From a virus (Duplodnaviria; Caudoviricetes): DNA of 45,081 bases. Location: IMG/VR virus record IMGVR_UViG_3300036833_000162, positions 1 through 45,081 of that record; one strand, given 5' to 3'. A model generated the notes under the pieces. The model searched no databases. It was not told where the DNA came from and was given only the letters and a program-made list of their open reading frames with translations. The translations under genes were made by a program, and so were the position numbers. How positions within the stretch are numbered: the first letter of the stretch is position 1; each line of letters begins with the position of its first letter. This document shows, in pieces, positions 42,520 to 45,081 of the stretch.

Positions 42520-43116
42520 ATGGCCCATATCGCCAACACAGCAGAGGACTACGCAGAGGTCCTGCGCAAGCTCCTGCCGCGCGGACGGGTCTGGACCCGC
42601 GAGGATGACGGGACGCAGGCGGCGACGCTCGATGCGCTGGGCGTCACTGCGCAGTCGCTCGATAATGCAGCGCTAAACCTGATCGTCGACGCGTTCCCTG
42701 CGACCGCGAATGCTCTCCTCCCCGAGTGGGAGGCCACGCTGGGCTTGCCCGATCCGTGCGTCGGCGAAGCTGGCTCGACCCAGCAGCGCCGCCAGCAGGT
42801 AGTGGCGCGCCTCACCAATTCGGGCGGGACAACAGCGGCGTACTTCATCGAGATCGCGGCCGCGCTCGGCTATACGGTCACGGTCACGAACTACGCGCCA
42901 TTCCGCGCAGGACAGAGCGATGCGGGCGATCAGCTCGGCACGTCCGACTGGTTTTATACGTGGAGCGTCAATGCGCCGCTCAATACCGTGACGCACTTTG
43001 CAGCGGGCCAGTCGACGGCGGGCGATCCGCTCGCGACGTGGGGCAATACGGTACTCGAATGCGAGCTGAATGCGCTCAAGCCGGCGCATACGGTCCTTCA
43101 GTTCCATTACAGTTAA
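42520..43116 (+). CDS. Baseplate protein (Mu gp48/YmfQ, DUF2313)
   Basis: LLPRGR.W, LLPEWE.TLGLPD.C and LEC.L...KPAHT motifs. Confidence 0.9.
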   Translation: MAHIANTAEDYAEVLRKLLPRGRVWTREDDGTQAATLDALGVTAQSLDNAALNLIVDAFPATANALLPEWEATLGLPDPCVGEAGSTQQRRQQVVARLTNSGGTTAAYFIEIAAALGYTVTVTNYAPFRAGQSDAGDQLGTSDWFYTWSVNAPLNTVTHFAAGQSTAGDPLATWGNTVLECELNALKPAHTVLQFHYS

Positions 43117-43128
43117 GGAAAACTGACC

Positions 43129-44091
43129 ATGTTTCAGATTGACAATGCGAGCGCGGCGGCGTCGCAGCCTGCCTCGTCGGCACCCGGTGTAGCGGGCTTT
43201 TTCACCGATGGCAATCCGGCCTCGAATATCCCGGCGACCATCGTGCCGGCCGAGTGGCTGAACGCGACGATGCTGGAGATCATCAATGCGGTGACGGGGA
43301 GCGGACAGACCCTGAACAAGGCTGCGTTCAACCAGCTCCTGACGGCGATCCAGACCGTTGCAAGAAACCCTGGCGTCACACCGCCACAGTTTGATAACTC
43401 AACCAAGACCGCGACGACAGCCTTTGTGACGACTGCCGGATTTCATGCAAATTCGCAATATATTGCCAGTGCGAGTGGTCCGCTTCCTTTATCAGCGATT
43501 GGCAGTTATGTCACATTCACTACTGTCAATGTCGCTTTAACCTTGCCAGCAGCAGCGACGGTGCCAGTCGGGAATGGCATTATCTGCAAACTTCAAGGTG
43601 CAGCTATTACCGGTTGCTCGCTCAATCTGACTGGTACTGATACATTCCAGAATTGCATCGGAACTGGTAATAGCACTGCTCCCTATAACCTGGTATTTGG
43701 GGATAGCGTGTTCCTGGTATCTGATGGCGGTCATACCTGGTCATTTATAAATGAAACCAGCAAAACATGGTTAAAGAATATTTCATCTTTTGGTGCAAGC
43801 CTGGGGGGTAATGGATATCAATTGCTGCCAAGTGGCGTCATTATTCAATGGGGCGCAATATCAACCGGTTCAATTCCAGCCAGTGGTTTGAACACCGGGA
43901 CATTTACCTATCCGATAGCTTTCCCTAATCTGAGTCCCTGCTGCCTGTTCAATCCATCCAATGCGGGCGCGGCCAGTGTCATTGGCGGTTCGTATAGCGC
44001 GACGAGCAAAACTGCATGCAACTGGTTTGCAAATAATCTGGCCACTGTAGCCCAATCAGTAATCCTCGGCATACTGGCAATCGGATATTGA
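43129..44091 (+). CDS. Tail fibre protein
   Basis: GFFTDGNP....AT.V.AEWLN N-terminus; NGYQ.LPSG.I.QWG...FP...W.AIGY-type C-terminus. Confidence 0.85.
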   Translation: MFQIDNASAAASQPASSAPGVAGFFTDGNPASNIPATIVPAEWLNATMLEIINAVTGSGQTLNKAAFNQLLTAIQTVARNPGVTPPQFDNSTKTATTAFVTTAGFHANSQYIASASGPLPLSAIGSYVTFTTVNVALTLPAAATVPVGNGIICKLQGAAITGCSLNLTGTDTFQNCIGTGNSTAPYNLVFGDSVFLVSDGGHTWSFINETSKTWLKNISSFGASLGGNGYQLLPSGVIIQWGAISTGSIPASGLNTGTFTYPIAFPNLSPCCLFNPSNAGAASVIGGSYSATSKTACNWFANNLATVAQSVILGILAIGY

Positions 44092-44110
44092 ATTGACTGG
44101 ATGATAAATC

Positions 44111-44536
44111 ATGACTAAATATACAGAGCTTGACGCTGACCGTTTTGTGATCGGCTTCTACGCGGACGATATTCATGGCGAAGCCGGTACGCCCGATCAG
44201 GCGGAGCCGATTAGCGATGAAACATGGGAGACGCTGCTGAACGGACAGAGCGATGGCAAGCGGATGCGACTGAATCAGGACGGCTCGCCTGATCTCGTCG
44301 ACCCGCCTCCGCTGACCGCCGATCAACTTGCAGCCAATGCGCGAGCGCAGCGCAATGCCGCGCTCGCGGCGACGGACTGGATCGTAGCGCAGCAGCAGGA
44401 GCATATCCTCAACGGGACCGCGCCAGCCGATCCCGCCCGCTTCAAGGCTTATGCGACCTACCGGCAGGCGCTGCGCGACGTCCCGCAACAGACCAGCTTT
44501 CCGCATGAGATCGCGTGGCCGGCTGAACCCGCATGA
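44111..44536 (+). CDS. Tail fibre assembly chaperone
   Basis: GFY...IHG; R..RN..LA.TDW; YRQALRD.PQQ..FP..I.WP..P. Confidence 0.85.
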   Translation: MTKYTELDADRFVIGFYADDIHGEAGTPDQAEPISDETWETLLNGQSDGKRMRLNQDGSPDLVDPPPLTADQLAANARAQRNAALAATDWIVAQQQEHILNGTAPADPARFKAYATYRQALRDVPQQTSFPHEIAWPAEPA

Positions 44537-44542
44537 ACCCGC

Positions 44543-44758
44543 ATGGACCCGCAGCGCGCCCGCCAGCTCCTCGGCATCCTCGTCGTGATCCTGATCGGCG
44601 TGGTGATCCTTGTCGCGATGCTGACGTCCTGCACGCTGGTCATCATCCGGGGCAATGACGATACGCTGGGCGATATCGGCGGACATGAGAGCAGACTGAC
44701 GCTCGACGGTCCGCAGCAACCAGCCAGCAGCGGGCCACGTCTTAAACGTCAGCGCTAG
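44543..44758 (+). CDS. Putative lipoprotein or membrane-anchored protein
   Basis: Hydrophobic segment ending in LTSC (possible lipobox). Confidence 0.5.
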   Translation: MDPQRARQLLGILVVILIGVVILVAMLTSCTLVIIRGNDDTLGDIGGHESRLTLDGPQQPASSGPRLKRQR

Positions 44759-44781
44759 AGCTGATACCAGGAGGGCAGCAG

Positions 44782-44973
44782 ATGAATCTCACCATCATTA
44801 ACAACGGCGCGCATCCGGTCCGCGTGATCGTCGACCATGACACGCTCCACGATTCGCAGATCGAAGCGGACGAGGAGGCGACCGTCGACGCGCCGGACGG
44901 CTTCGTCGAGCTGCGCGAGCTGGAGACCAGCGACGAGACGACAGCGGGCGAGGACGACGACGGGGCTCCATGA
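44782..44973 (+). CDS. Small acidic hypothetical protein
   Basis: AGGAGG RBS; 63 aa. Confidence 0.6.
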   Translation: MNLTIINNGAHPVRVIVDHDTLHDSQIEADEEATVDAPDGFVELRELETSDETTAGEDDDGAP

Positions 44974-45050
44974 GATCAGCACCGCCCCGGCAGAGCCGTT
45001 TCCGGCGCGCTGGCGGGCTTGCCGGGTCCGGTCCGCGGCTACCCCATCAC

Positions 45051-45081
45051 CTTGCCGTCGCTGCCCCGCACAGGCGCCAAA
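45051..45081. repeat. 31-bp direct terminal repeat, right copy
   Basis: Identical to 1..31. Confidence 0.95.

Noticed and set aside
43129-44536. DGR or invertible tail-fibre switch
   Set aside because: No reverse transcriptase, template/variable repeat pair, small invertase or inverted fibre copy seen
44970-45081. 60-aa ORF running across the circular junction to position 102
   Set aside because: Arg/Ala/Pro-rich, runs through the terminator hairpin and has no motif; probably chance
1-45081. tRNA, rRNA or IS elements
   Set aside because: No cloverleaf/T-loop signatures or transposase motifs recognised by eye; tRNAscan-SE and ISEScan would be needed to exclude them formally

Overview
The window looks like a complete circular temperate phage genome of about 45,050 bp: the first 31 nt are repeated exactly at the end. 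It is GC-rich, and the gene content suggests a proteobacterial, probably Burkholderiales, host (inference). From left to right it holds: a leftward membrane/lipoprotein accessory cassette with a T4 Imm-like gene; a leftward operon headed by a tandem-HTH (HigA/XRE-like) protein and a YkgJ/CxxCxxCC protein; a divergent large serine integrase; a long leftward early operon (RNAP alpha-CTD protein, YqaJ exonuclease, RecT-like annealase, many hypotheticals); a Cro/YdaS-like regulator; a ParB-like gene; a replication initiator with internal iterons; RusA, HNH, a Q-like regulator and a ParB-MTase; a lambda-type head module; and a Mu-type contractile tail module. The most unusual points are: (1) no CI/S24 repressor, with an alpha-CTD gene and a 5x11-bp G-quadruplex-compatible repeat in its place; (2) the best repressor candidate is a duplicated orphan HigA-like protein with a G11/C11 tract upstream of both HTHs, coupled to a YkgJ metal-cluster gene, so possibly a phase-variable, metal/redox-linked switch; (3) no recognisable endolysin; (4) a Pro/Trp-repeat moron inside the baseplate operon. 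All family calls come from motif recognition by eye, not database searches.
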